Shown in pieces: positions 11,348 to 25,600 of a DNA stretch of 64,000 nt (positions are counted from its first letter, which is position 1; each line of letters begins with the position of its first letter). The DNA comes from Styela clava. Its lineage: Eukaryota. The DNA is taken from contig NC_135260.1 of NCBI RefSeq assembly GCF_964204865.1, forward strand, positions 9,982,001-10,046,000, read 5' to 3'. A model generated the notes under the pieces. It saw nothing but the letters and a program-made list of their open reading frames with translations. It did not search any database and had not been told where the DNA came from. A program made the translations under genes and the position numbers.

Positions 11348-14300
11348 AGAAGCAAGTATTTAATTTTTTTGTCTTTAGCAAATTTATCATCTGCCACTGT
11401 CCGTACCTATAAACAAAAAGTAGATATCAATTTACATGGATGAATTATGAAATGTGTATGTAATGTATATAATGCTATTTACCAGACAAAATTATTTATT
11501 TCTTAATAAACTCAATTTTAATAAAGCATTCATAGTAAATTATGTTTGAACTGAAACTTGTCATATGCTTAGTTTATTTCTTTCACACAAATAATAACAT
11601 GCTTTTTAAAATTACCCCCTTTAAAAAATTTAATCCAACTTAACACAATATAAATTTAATTTAATCACTTAATAATTTTTTATGCAATATAATCTTTCAT
11701 TGAACATAATGAATAATGACTACATATTATATATTCCTTTAAATTTAAAATAATGAAACATACGATAGATTAAATTTCATTTAGATGTTCTTCAAGTTCC
11801 AGAATATTTTAATTTATTTAGTCAGCCATATAATTTATGTGTTCAAATATACTCACTTTGCACCACCATAAATGTATATAGTAGATTCGGTGGTAGCCCG
11901 CAACTTTGCTCGGAGATGAGTCTCTTTTACCTCTGATTGAGTGTGCATAACTGTGCTTTGAGAAAATAACTATAAAGAATGAATTTTTTTTTGATTTGCA
12001 GTACAGTGTTGTACACTCCATAGAACCAAAATTATCAGTTTAAGTTACATACTTCCAAATTTTCAATTGTTTTACTTTGAAGTTTTTTTAACTACAATAT
12101 ATGACCTTTTTTTGAGTTATTCATAAATAAAAATTGAATGAAACCAATATTCTGAAATGTAAGGTCTTTGTGCTATTTATCATTTTTCCCAAACTTAAAA
12201 ACTATTTGTGACAAATCTACATGCTCTGAATTTGCTGTATTTATGTGCAGCAGTGCATTTTTTCTGATAGGAAAAAATACTATGAAAATATATGTTTATG
12301 AACGTCATGTAGATATTCTCAGTATACTATAGCAAATGCTCGCATCATTATAGTATATATTCTGTATACTTTTCCTTGATGAGTGCAAATGACACTAACT
12401 AGTAGTTTTAATTCATTGAATCTTCTAAAACAGCTTTTTAAATTTAAAATAGTTGAAATATTTCTTGAGATAATAAGTCAAGTATGTGATTGTATATAAT
12501 ATATTTAAAGAGGATATTGGTATTCAATAGGAATCTGTCATTAGCTTTGTCTTGACGGATATTTCGTCCTGTATTGGACAGAATCATGACTAAGACAAGT
12601 GTGTTTGTGTTCAACACCTTGCCAACGAGGGCTCAACAACAACCATTCCAAAATGCTTGCACTTTATTACTATTTACTTACATACATACAAATAATTGTT
12701 GAATTCATGAGGCTTACTTCAAGTCAGTTACTGAAAAAATGGTCTTAGATATTTTAGTCTTTGTAAATAGAGAGCCGCAGTTAGAAAGCCCAAATTATTA
12801 ATTACTTGTTAGAAGAAGCTTGTTTGTATCTGCCTTCCACTCATTGTCTGTTTGTACCAAAGGCTTTCAAAATTTACTCTTTTGTTGTAATCCTAATGGA
12901 TGTTGTACGATATTGTATATTAGTATAATTGTGTTGTAGACTTGTAGTAGAACATCAAATTTCATTTGTGAATATCGCAATTTTTTTGTATTGATGTAGC
13001 AAGAGATTAAAAATATTGTATATATGAATTATTACTCTGATATCATAGATAATAAGAGTACCCAAGAATGCTATAAATCGAATGTATTATTATTATTAAC
13101 ATATAATATTGTGCGCAAAGAATGTGAAATGTAATTTAAAGTGTAAAATGAGAATATATATGCAATTTGCCTGTTGTGGTTATGAAAATATATCCATAGC
13201 AAACACTAGAAAATGAAGATGGTAATGTATTTGAATGGTTCACTTTTATAGAATTCCTAGTGATATTTGCATTTCTGTTGAGTATTTTAAAAGTTATCCA
13301 CTAGATCACACAACTATGGATCTTAAAACCATATCATTTTGTGATATTCGAGGTAGTCCAGTTTCGGTTGAATCAGCTTTGCTTTAATTATCTATTGTAC
13401 AAGAAGAAACAAGTAAAAAAAATTTTGATTGTGAAAGTCCAATAAATATCTGAATGTTTGGTCATATTGGTCAAGAGGCAATACCAAGTTTAGTTTATAA
13501 TATTTCCCTAATTTGAGTGATTGAAGAAATGATCTTCTACTATCTGTTCAATGTTATCAGCAAAGTGTTCATTGTTATGTATGAAATGAATGATTATGTA
13601 AAATAAATTCTCAATGATGGTACAAAGGTATTGCTCTTCCTACCAAGGTCAGGGAAATCGAGTCAACTTTTTCATAGAGTTGATATGACTCTTAGTAATC
13701 TAAACCAGTGATTCTTAAAGCGAGCGATATCACCCCTTTTGGGGCGAGAGACACAGTAGGGGTGGACGCGTATTTATTTTGGGAAACATCGTATTATCAA
13801 TAAACCCTCATGAATCTTATTTGATATGCATCAAATCTGATCCAAACGAAACGATTGAAACTCTAGTGTAGATTCTAATAGCAACAAAGCGCGTCACACC
13901 GCCGGCGAATTTGTCAATAAATTGCTGGTTTATTGTTATTAGATTTACAAATACACGTCTATATTTTAATTTGACTTCGGACTAGCTGATGGCCGATTAG
14001 TAGCAGTGGGTTCACCGGTGTAATCATCCCTGGATGCTCGGGCTTAAAACAATGACAAACCTTCGCTGTTTGTATGGCGGACTTTCCAAATAAATATCGT
14101 ATATATTATATATGAGATTTAATTTCACACTTTTCGCGAATTGGAGGATCCCGTTTGACAGCATAATCGTGTGGTGATTAGCGACCTCCTGTCTGTTCAC
14201 GAAGCCGAGACTTATGTGACATTATCTAACCATTTCGATGTCCATATGGGCAGAAGCCGAAGCGTTAAAATGAACTGAACGGTTCAAAATGAACAAAATT

Positions 14301-15195
14301 ATATAATAACACGCGCGATGTTCTTCAAATCGGCGGATGTGCATTGGTACCGTAAGTGAGTCATAAAACCACCACTGTCAACATACGTGACCCACATCAT
14401 TGTAACAAACAAGTATTAGAATACAGCACACAATCTTCATGCAACAAGATGTATTAGGAGTTACAATTTTAATTTACAACACTGGGAAAGGTAAGGGTTT
14501 CATATATTACTAATGACTGTAACATATTATGAAAACTGAAGGCTAGGCAACTGCAACTTGTGACTTTACGTTACATAATAATAAAAACAAAAAAACATTC
14601 TAAAATGTCGAGGTGTGAACAAACATTCCTGTCATTGAACATGCAATGTTGCATTTGAGTCCTGTCAGTTAGGGTTCAAGGCAAGAGGTAGTTTCATTGT
14701 GTTCGCACCGATAATAATAAGTAACGGGGATTTATTTTCTAAATGAAAGTATTTCGAAATTTTTACACATAGACCTCAGACCATGAAAAAGTTTATCGTT
14801 ACCAAGTTATTCCAGTAGCAAGGAACCTTTGAATGAGTTTTGATAATACTCGGAAAAGGAATTGTATATCTTCAAGGCAGAACGCTTCCTGCACAAACCA
14901 TAAATAAATATAATCAAAATAACGTACCATCTCTATAAATTCGATTGTTCTGGAGTTATGGTATTAATTTTTAACAGGACACTTTATCTCATAATCGAAT
15001 GAACGTCAGACTTATAGTAAATATCAATTAGCGCTTTATATAGATGGTTTTTAGATTAAAGGCTTCTTTTGTGTTTATATATATACATGCATTGTTCAGC
15101 ATGGTCTGTAAAATTTCACGATAAATTTGATCACGGAATTCATTGCAACATTAGCATATTCATCACTGGTTCGAGTGCCGGTAGGCTATGCTTGC

Positions 15196-18061
15196 TCACT
15201 TATTTGTTATTTCGGTTCCTTTTGATGAAACTAGCATCGATTGAAGTCGAACTCTCTTCTTCCATACAACATCTACAATATTCGAATACATTAATGGATT
15301 GAGAACACTGTTTATAGGCAAAATAATGATAGCTGTAGCAGCATAAATTTCAGCCCTCGCCTTTATTGCGCCGGTAAAATTTAATAACGCTATGATACAC
15401 AACGGCATCCAACAACAAAAATCACTGGCAACAAGGCGTATGATTTTCTTCTGCATACTCGAACTTCTATCAGCAGTACTTCTAATTTTACTTTTCTTAT
15501 TAGACTTTCTATAAATGGCGATGTAAGCAAGCATTATATAGATGAAAATGAAGAAGTTTACTATCACGATCGTGAATGAATATCCCCACATCATTTCTTT
15601 TGTTGTAACATAGAAGTTCGGTAAACAAACGCTCTCCTGGGAGTAGTATCCATAAAATCCACGAATGCGATGAGCGGGGAAATTTTGCTGCAGGTGATAA
15701 TTAAGTTTACTCCAGTCTTTTGGCAAATTAGTATTAGATGCGTTTGGAGAAAATGCGGTGAGAAGCGTTGCAAATTGTCTCACTCCGTTGAGGTGAACAG
15801 TGCGGGATGAAATGAACTTCGAAGGGATGAATGCTCCATAAGTAAAGGCTTCTTGCATATGAGAGGAAAATGGTATAAGACCTATGAATAAAGCAATACC
15901 CCAGGCTAGAGCTATTGCAATCGCCGCCCATTTAACTTTTATACTCCGTACCGTGAGGGGATTATGCACAGAGACAAGCCTGATCGTTGTAAGTAATGTT
16001 AGCATAAATACAGATGCTTCCGAGGATATGATGGAGATTGCACCGAGCCACACACAGGCATTACTTGTTCGCCATTGAACATCGTGTCTACAATATGCAC
16101 CGGCAACTGTACTGTTTTTTACAGCTATCCCAAGAAGATAGATAGCCATTAACAAATCGGCTATAGCAAGATTAAATAGAATCAGATGATTGCATTTTAG
16201 TAAACCTTCAGCCTTATGTATTCTATCATAATCTCTGATTTTATCAATAATCATATAGCTGTTTCCAAATATACAACAGAACCCGACAAACCAAACCCAA
16301 AATTGAAAGAACGGCGATGCAATCAAATACGCTCTTGATCCAATGGGTTCGTTGTCTAGATCTCTCGGACATTCGTCAGCACCTTCGTGGCAGTCTTGCA
16401 CTCCATCTCCTACAAACCTGTTTGGGACTGATAGAGGAGTTCCTTCCTCGCATTGGTACCTTGAAGTGCAGTTGTCTTCATCGCTTCCGTCGTCACAATC
16501 TTCATACCCGTTACATTTTAGAACGTTATCAATACTGATTAGACTTCCACTCTGGCAATAAAATCTACCTGGACAATTAGTTTCTTCTTCTGGGATACGT
16601 GGATTACAAGAAGACCATTGTCCATCACATATGTGCTCAACAGTAAGGTTAAATGTACCCGTACTTGTATTACATTCTCGAATAAACGGAACAGTAGAAA
16701 AACCTAAATAGCAAAAATCCGATGTTGTGTTTGTTTTATTTACGCACTCAAGATTACACTCGTCCGATAGATCGTAACACTCCGGTCGCCCATCGCAAAG
16801 CCTTGCCAATGTTCGAGTTGAGTTATCTACATCGCCCGCACATCGCATAATCCGACGAGATGAATGAGAACTGCAGTATTTTTCGTCCATCCTGTCTTTG
16901 CAATCTAGCCTTCCATCACATATTTTGTCGGTGGTTAACTCAGTAGTAATATCACAGACAAAAGTCCCCAAAGTACAATTGGTTGTTCCCCACTCTGCTT
17001 CTCGTGTACAATAGCGCGAACAAAATTCTTCATTACGATTTTCGCACGGACATTCGTCAGATAAATCCGAACAATCTACAACTCCATCACATTGTTGTAA
17101 AGTAGATATCCTCATGCTTTTATCAAAGCAGTGAAACAATCTAGAATGTCCATCTGTAGTTTTTCCTTCGTCTTCTTCGTTGTTGCAGTGAGTAAAGCAA
17201 TCAGACACATGTCGTTGTGGAAGAACGCATATGTCACCTCCTTGTCCGAGTGGGCATTTGAACCCGGCCACGTGACGTATTTCATCCGAACCATCTCCGC
17301 AGTGATCAATTTTATCACATGCGTATTTTGTACTAATACATTTTCCATTTTTGCATTGATACGTTCCGTTTATACAGTCGCCGTTATCGCAAAACTCCTG
17401 CCATGACCAACATTCTGGCCTCTTTTTTCGGCAACCCCTCTCATCACTATAATCTCCACAAGAATCAATTCCGTCGCACACTTTTATCTGCGATAAGCAT
17501 TTACCATTGCCGCAGTTATATTCTCCAAAATTACAAAGGGGATCAGTTGTAGAAGAGTTACTTTGAGGAGTAGTATCTGTTTGACAATTCCCCGGTAATA
17601 TACCTGCATGTGATTCAAAATTTCAATTTTATTTTACCTTAATTCAAATAACATTTAAAGTTATAGCCTTATGTGAACATGGTATAAAATGTGTTCACAA
17701 CTTGTAGCTTCGACGAAAGAAAAATATCTTAACAAATAAATATTTTTTAGCTTGCTATCGAAATATAAAGGAATCAAATAACACATATAGTTTAACTATT
17801 TTTTGTAACCAACTTTCATTAACATTTTTATGTTTTATGACGCTTATGCTATAAGCCTGATGATTTGGTTCAATAATTAAATTAAATTAATTGCCGCCTA
17901 TTATAGTCATATGAACACCTATGATTTTTCATTGCTGAAAAGAAAGAGCAAGCAATCTACTGAACTATCTAATTCTATTTCACATTATATCACGTCATGT
18001 GAAGTTACTTCAGTATCTTACCTTGTGTGCATGTTAATAATAACAAAAAAGCAAGTCGCAT
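15196..18061 (-). CDS. ~815 aa class A GPCR, RXFP/LGR (GRL101-like) 7TM with ~9 N-terminal LDLa modules and no leucine-rich repeats
   Basis: Exon 1 18061-18022 (MRLAFLLLLTCTQG, signal-like, donor GTAAG) and exon 2 17603-15196 (phase 1, 2408 nt). Repeated CDGxxDCxDxSDE motifs. 7TM hallmarks WVWFVGFCCIFGN, NLAIADLLMAIYL, WRTSNAC, SSEASVFMLTLLTTIRL, SVCLP, SDFCCWMP, LPINSVLNPLMY. Confidence 0.93.
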
Positions 18062-21000
18062 GTTCGTCTATATTTAGGATCTATTTTATTTCCAAGTAGC
18101 AAGTATTGATGCAGGTGATATAACGTGAAATTCCAATAATATGAACAGTAAACTTTAATCTGAAAAGGACATATTATAGTAAATAAAATGTTAAAAAATA
18201 TAATATAAATATATACTAAAAAATAATATTTCTCCATGTCACTGTAATAAATCATCGAAAACGGCATATACACTGACTGAAATAAAATTTGTGGCTGGCT
18301 CCTTCATATCATTTAAAAGATTCGAGTTTTGAATCATTGTTTCCCTCCTTGTATGACTTATCACTACGGTGATCATTCAGTTTATAAATAACTTTCAGCA
18401 TTTATCAATTTTGTTACATACAAAATAATGTAGCATCTTAGGCTACAATAGCCAATATTTTACCATTAAAAGTGAATATATTGTTGCGCCTACAGCAGGG
18501 TATCATACACTGAGATTTTAGCACTTCTTCTGTTCAGCAATGTTACAACTTCAACTGTTGACTGTACGAACTACAATCATGAATGTTACGTCAACAACGT
18601 ATTCAATATAGGGTTTGTCCAAATAAAAGTTAACAAAGAATTGGCAAATAAGCACGTGATCACGTAAAGCAAAATCTTTTGTCGATAAAAATGATCTCAA
18701 CAAGTACGTTAAAAATAAGTATAGTCACTGTATATGTGACCGTACTATAACTCATAAACGTTGCATCCACCAAAGCTGTACTTTTATAGCTTCTAAAGTC
18801 CAGCGGAAACCCATCATTCAGTTTTTATTTGCTAAAATGGGATACGCGTTACTTATCTACTATAATAATATATTTACCACGTGTATACACTCATATAATA
18901 CGCTCATCCTATGACTACATGCACAAAGCAATTGGGTGCGTTATCAGTTTTCGGTTCTTATAAAATGACGTACGTTCGTGCGCAACTTCCGAATAATATT
19001 GTCGGTGATTAAGCGCCGATGTATTTTTGTGAACTTAGTAAACCAAGAAAAAATATGATGTTTTTTAAAAGCCACAGGAGGGAGCTCGCGTGATATATTT
19101 TGTTAAAACAAAATTGCTACCCACAACGACTCTGTCCCTCGCTCGTAGTTTTAAAAAATTCTCCCAAAAATATAACTAATGCGGTTTGGAATGAAAGTCT
19201 AATTTGAATGATAAATTAGGCATATCTTATCGTAACAAAATTAATTTATAAACTTGATCCAAAAGGATTTCAATGACTGCAGTGCGCTATATCTAAGACA
19301 GATAGGGCATACACAATGCTTAATGTAAGCAATGTGAATGACAGATCTTTGCCAGAGTGATTTTGCATCATACAAAAGCAATATTTGATGTGCTTAAATT
19401 ACAATAAAATATAACCCGGAAAATATATCGTGAAGTACCTAGGAGAAATCAATGTTAAATAATATTTAATATTTAAAAGCTTGCAGTAAAACTCAATTAT
19501 AAAAAGCCCATTTGCGTCAAAACCGTTGATCTGTCTGTAAATTAATTGAAAGCATTAATTTCAGGTTATATTTCATTGAAAAGTTGAAATGCATCTGATG
19601 CTTTATGAAATGTTGGCAACCTTGGTTTGCTACATTGTATGCTACATCGCTAAATCTCTCTTTTATGATATGAATTTATTAATATATTTATTTTGAAATA
19701 TATTAACGTTTAGGCCTTTTTTGCCATTACAATAACGGCAAAATAACAATCTATCCAACTCAAGCAAAAAAATTACCAGGAGTAAAAACACTTAAAATTC
19801 AAATTAATCCAATCGACCCCACGCGGTTTTATGCATTATTGATGACAATTCAATGTTATTTTTATCGTAAGCCTGCTAAAACAGTCGAAAGCGATCCGGT
19901 CTGTACCGATCATTTGTACCTTAAACATCTAAATATTGGAAACCTCAGCAAAATGCTTAGGCCTATGACGTGGTTTTGAGGTTGCTGAGAACTTTTTGTA
20001 GTAATCAAAACTATTGCGTTATTATTGATAATTCGAATTAAATAAAGGTACTTTTTACCGATTTTAATGCAACTTTTTCGCATTTTATCAAACATGGAAA
20101 ATCAAGTATCGGAGCGGCGGTTCTTCTACTCTTCCTCAGGCTCGGAATTTTTTCACCAACATGCCGAAATACATTTCTGGAAAATAATTCTTTTATATAT
20201 TGACAGAATGCAACTGCGTTAGACAGCGAAAACAAACTTAATGAAAATCGTATTTTGAGGGCAGCGACGCGGAATTAATTCCGTCTTTCGAGGAGTCCCG
20301 CAACAATACGGGTTGTCTTACGTGTCAGCGAAAGCCGTAAGCTCGGGCTGCGCTCCCGACGGCTGGTTATTGATTTCTTCACGGTGAATCTTTGTCTTTC
20401 ACACCAAATACCGCTGCGCTCATTTGCTGCTCGCCCGTGCCGATTTACCCGTTGAAGACAGTTGTGAATGGCAGGTTGGTCTCTGAACTGGGTGATGATG
20501 ATTTCGCCACAAATATACAAAACGGGGTCGTTATATGAGGGGACTATGCTAGTTTGTTTTTAACTTGTCTAGAAAAAAGTTAATTTATAGTGTATACAGT
20601 ATACAGAACAGCTACAAAGTTTATTTATGATGTGACATCGTGAATTTTGACCTAACTCAGTTTCGCCAGAAGAATGGTTAGCAAGTCTAGTGCGAGATCA
20701 AAACTAAGATATCAAAACAAGGAAATAGATCTAAGATACGAATTGCGGTTAGTGCGTTTACCCAAAAGTAGCAAAAGTTGTTTTGGGCAAACCTACAACG
20801 AGTACTCGGGGCGGCATTCCGTGCTAAATTGGTTGGAATCAGGTTCTAATACTGAATAAGTAACATTAAAGTATTTACAAACAACTATCATACCCACCTT
20901 GGATAATAGGACGAGAAGCCACTGTTCGACAAGTGCCAGCCGAGGGAGGGCCATAAAAAGCTTTTAGGCTCTCGAATCCTATTGTAAATTTGCTGATAGG

Positions 21001-22696
21001 TATTCTAAACTACACTCATACATGTTTGTGTACGTGTATGTTTGTTCATTTTTAGTTGCTTTGCCATGGTATAAAGTTAGCAGCTTTGCCAAAGTGTATA
21101 TAAGGTAGTTTGAAGTTTTCGATAACTTGACCTTTCAGAACGTGAATGTGAATCTCAAGTAGAGTTGCGGTACAATCAGCGATATTCTGTGTACTGTGTG
21201 TATAACACATATCAAACTAACATCAGGCAACATTCTACTCAAAACATAAACTTTGAGGTGTTTGGGTTAATACTCTTTTCATTGGTGACTTTTTTTTAGA
21301 AATGGTATGCTGAGATTTGAATTTTGCAATGAAACGTGCCTAACTGACTGTTGCCTAACCCAGAATTCTCAAATCCAATTTATCTAGGAAGCTGTGTTTC
21401 AAATTAACGGTTCGCAGTATATATATATATGTACTGTTCCAGTTTATTCACTGGCGGTCGTTATGAGAGAACACCTTTCATCTTATATATAAAAAAGGCA
21501 TAAAAGTGGAGTAATGAACACTTTTGGCAAATTTTAAACTAAATTACTTTCATATGATGTAGCTTACAAATGGATGTTATCGCACGCAACCCCATCTAAC
21601 TACCAATCAAGAAAAATGTTGAGGAAGTTGATCAATCCTACAAACTACAAACGCGATTTCTTTGAATGACGATACTTTAATTTTTTTATTTATTTATAAT
21701 ATTTTAATTAATCAGATTATCTCTTGCGTTTTTGCACCCGTTTACCCCGAAAGGACATTTACTAGATTTGCGAGTAGTTCAAAATTCATTCTCTGCTTTA
21801 GTGTGTGATTGTCAACAAAAATACTACTTCAAAAACGTTTTTTCACGGATCTCCGTGTTTAAACTTCCCTCCCTCATACTGTTTCCGCGCGGTGTTTCAA
21901 AAAAATTGGTATATATTATTTGGATTATAATATATATTGGGGGGCAAATTGCTAAAGTGAATATATGAAGTGGGATTCGTGCTATGTTGTGGGTTAGGAC
22001 AGATATAGTGATCTGGCAGTAGGTCATAGTATTCATATGACGTAAGGTTTATACACTTAGAATACATAATTTCAAGGCACCCCTGTTTCCCTGATATCCG
22101 CTGAGTTGGAGTCCCTCGTCACTACTGACATCGCCATAGCGCCATCAGTTGGTACAGCACCTGCGAGTCAATGGTTATATATTTTCTCGTAGTTGCGTGC
22201 TCGATAAATATGGTTTAATGTTTCTAAATTTTGATATCTGTATGCCCGGAAGACATCATCCACCTCGAATCAAGATTTCTCTCAGAGCATCTAACATATT
22301 CTTTCTGTTGGGGTTGTATAGGAAAATTATTTGGTAACACAGTAACTGTGAAGAGGGTGGTGGTATTATTTCTCAGTTATTAAAACTAAATAATCCCTTA
22401 CATATACATTGATTTTAATAATGTGATTGATGCAAATACCTTTTTTCTGACAGCATATATATGAACAGTTTCAAAATCCTGATGTTTAAAAAAGTTCGAG
22501 AGTAATCCACGGAAATTGATTTTATTTTCATTACACCACAATCTCCCACAATTCCCCCTTAACTCACACAAAGAGGATTTTTAATCATAGCCTTTATAGT
22601 AACGTACTCATTGCCTCTGTATATAGTGTTAAAGGGTATAAAACAACAATTTATTTTCAAGATACCACGATAAATGATTATTTTGTCACGAAATTA

Positions 22697-25600
22697 ATGA
22701 AGAGTTTTCGCAAAAATCAACAAAAGCTGGATATTTACGCCATGACTGATCCTAATTCTTGTCAAAACGGAAAGACATATGATTTAGATAGGTATTCGGA
22801 GCCTCGTGTTGTCCGTCACAACAGAATTTATCCCAAAGTTTCTGCAAAGGATCCATGTGGAACAATGCCGATTAGAAACAGTTATCCCCCGGTTTCAACG
22901 GAACTTAAACCAATGAGAAAATCTTGCATTCCTTTATGCAATATTGAGAGTAGTTCGGGGGCTTCATCTCATGCCAATTACACATGGAAAGAACCATCTC
23001 CTTGTACTATTGTAAGTGAATATCCTTCTAGTCAATACGATCATAAGTCGGAACTACTGAATAGAGATGATAATCGAATAAAAATTGACATTCATTCGGG
23101 AGATACTGGACTTCCGCCATATTTTGCAATAAAAGACAATCAGGCCCATTCTGAATGGAGTTCTTACAGTCCAGTGTCAAGATTGCGTTGTACGAACGAA
23201 AATTTGTCGTTACTTCATCGATTTCATTCGATTAATACAAGCTTTGAAAGTACTGATAGAAACAGCGTATATGATCCATCGGATTTGGCTAATACAATAG
23301 AAGAAAGTATTATCGACGAAAGTTGTATTCAAAATGACGGAACAATCAATGCCGTCGGAGGTATTCCGCGTAACAGATCAAGGCCAGACGTGGCGACCAG
23401 GCATGTCGTCGTGACAAGACCGAAACGGAGATCGAAGAATTACTATCGGAGGAAACGGGCAAATAAGGTAGCATTTACGTTATTCTGATTAATCACGAAC
23501 TATAATTTTAAGTTAGCGATGGTACCGACACAAACACCCATACATAAAATCTAATACACTAATGAAAATCCAAATCGCATGGACACGAAATTGAGCGATG
23601 GCACTCTAGTCTAAGACTACAGATAAATCTGAAAACGAGATAGCGATAGGAGACCGCCGACTTATCGATCTAGCGGCGTGTATCCTTCGCTCCCACTCAA
23701 TAAGCTTCCGGTCCGAGATATGATGAATGCGCATACAAAATTTGGCGCAGATTCAACCTCGCTTTCGTGAGATATCGCGTAACATACGAAAGTGTCAAAC
23801 AGACAGACATAAATACCTATCAACATACTTACCGATCGAGATCGATAAGTAACAAATTAACAAGAAAATGCAAGTCGACGATTAAATTGGACGGACCGTT
23901 GCAGCAGTCAATGTTTTAGTCTTTATTTCTATATATTATAAAAACAAAGAGATGAAATTATTTAAAAATTTATTTATGCAAATCACAACCAAGGTAAAGA
24001 AAAATACAATATGCATGCAAAAAAATCACACAATAGCAAACACTATTTCTCGAATTTTTTTAATATATGTCTACATATTTTGTCTCATAATATATACTTT
24101 ACTGTGACACACAGGTAAAAAATTCAAATCCTAAGTTTTATAAATGGGATTTTGACAGTACACAGTGGCCGCAGAAAGTCATGATATCAACTGCTAAAAG
24201 TAAAATTTAATACACAACAGTCTTGCCAAAGTTTTTTTAGAATTTGTAAATATTGAAAATCATACAAGTTATATATTCGTATTTTTTCGAGAAAAGAGTC
24301 CAGCTGGAATTTCAGAAAAAGCATAAAAACATCACTCACATGATCATATTAAATCATATTACTTTCGCCTACAATATGATGACCATTTTTGATTAAATTT
24401 CGTTTTTCTTCGTATGAAAATGAACGTTTGGTAATTTCAAAATGGAACGCAGTTTGTGCATTCATAAAGTACTAATTACAACAATAAAAATATCAATTTC
24501 GATCTCTAGATTCCTAAAGAATAAAATTTGTTTTAAACTATCTAATATATTTTTCAGTTTTGCCTGATAAACTTTGCTGATGCCAATGCAAGCATAAATT
24601 CTTTGTAAAATCGATACAAGTTTGATTAGGCTGCGTCCAATTTCATTTAGGCTGTCTGTCTCGCCCAAGAATTGACTTTTGGAAAAAGGTTGAATGTAAC
24701 TTGTATTTTGCAAACGTGATGTTATCAATCTTATTTTTTATTCTGATAAAAAAGCTCAGGCCTTTCTCAATGATTATAATTTAAAGTAAAGTATGTGGAA
24801 GGAGAGCAGAATTTGTCACTATAGGGATCGACCTTGCTTTCTGCGGTTCCGCTATATAGATTCCTATTCCTTCCTACAGTAATCTCAATGCTACGGTTCA
24901 CGGGGATAAGCTGAACGAATGAATTTACTTCTAGATATGCTTTACGCTATGCAAACATTTTACAAAAAATCTCAAATGTAATCTCAGTATTGTGACATCC
25001 TATAATATGAACAAAACCGTGTCCGGAAAATTCGCCGCATAGGGTTATTGTTGGGGTATGCTCTTAAATAACGAACCTTGTTTAAATAAAAATGTATTTC
25101 AAAAACATAACTGTTTTTATCACAAATACTTGCTTTACAGCAAAATGCTCTTGCGGCGATATTTCCTATGCGGCAAAATTTCATGCGGCGAGATTTCCCA
25201 CGGCGAATTTTCCTAAAACCGAACAAAACACGTTTCAATGCACATGCATTGTGTAGACGGTTACTGTAGTCTGGCGTAGTCCGGCAGTTCGGTATAGTTC
25301 AAACATAGAAACGTGATGATAAGATCCATATCGCAGCCTTACTATTTATTGTAGCGCTACACTATTAAATGCCTATTAATTAATCTTCTAACAATATATA
25401 TATAAAAAAATGAGTCGGGTAGGACTATATGAGCATGCCAACTGAAAGGCCGAGAGCATTAGTCACGAACTGCAAACCAAGCGGACATGCAATCCTCTAT
25501 TATCTCATTGTGTATGGATTGTCTGTTTGGTAAACCATTAGAATAGTTTAACTCGTCGTCGTTATCGATCGTTTTCTCCATGCCTTATGTTCAAAACAAA

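Noticed and set aside
13995-14290. GC-richer block resembling a SINE 3' end, with similar blocks at ~58560-59030 and ~59640-59830
   Set aside because: Probably interspersed repeats, but no clear second full copy or defined termini within the window.
20275-20520. GC-rich island with a GCAPDG-like fragment suggestive of a YqaJ/lambda-exonuclease relic
   Set aside because: Needs several frameshifts and the downstream ExK motif is not visible. Too weak to call.
25150-25215. Short regularly spaced repeats that might suggest a CRISPR array
   Set aside because: Units are contiguous ~15-mers without unique spacers, in a eukaryotic intron with no cas genes.
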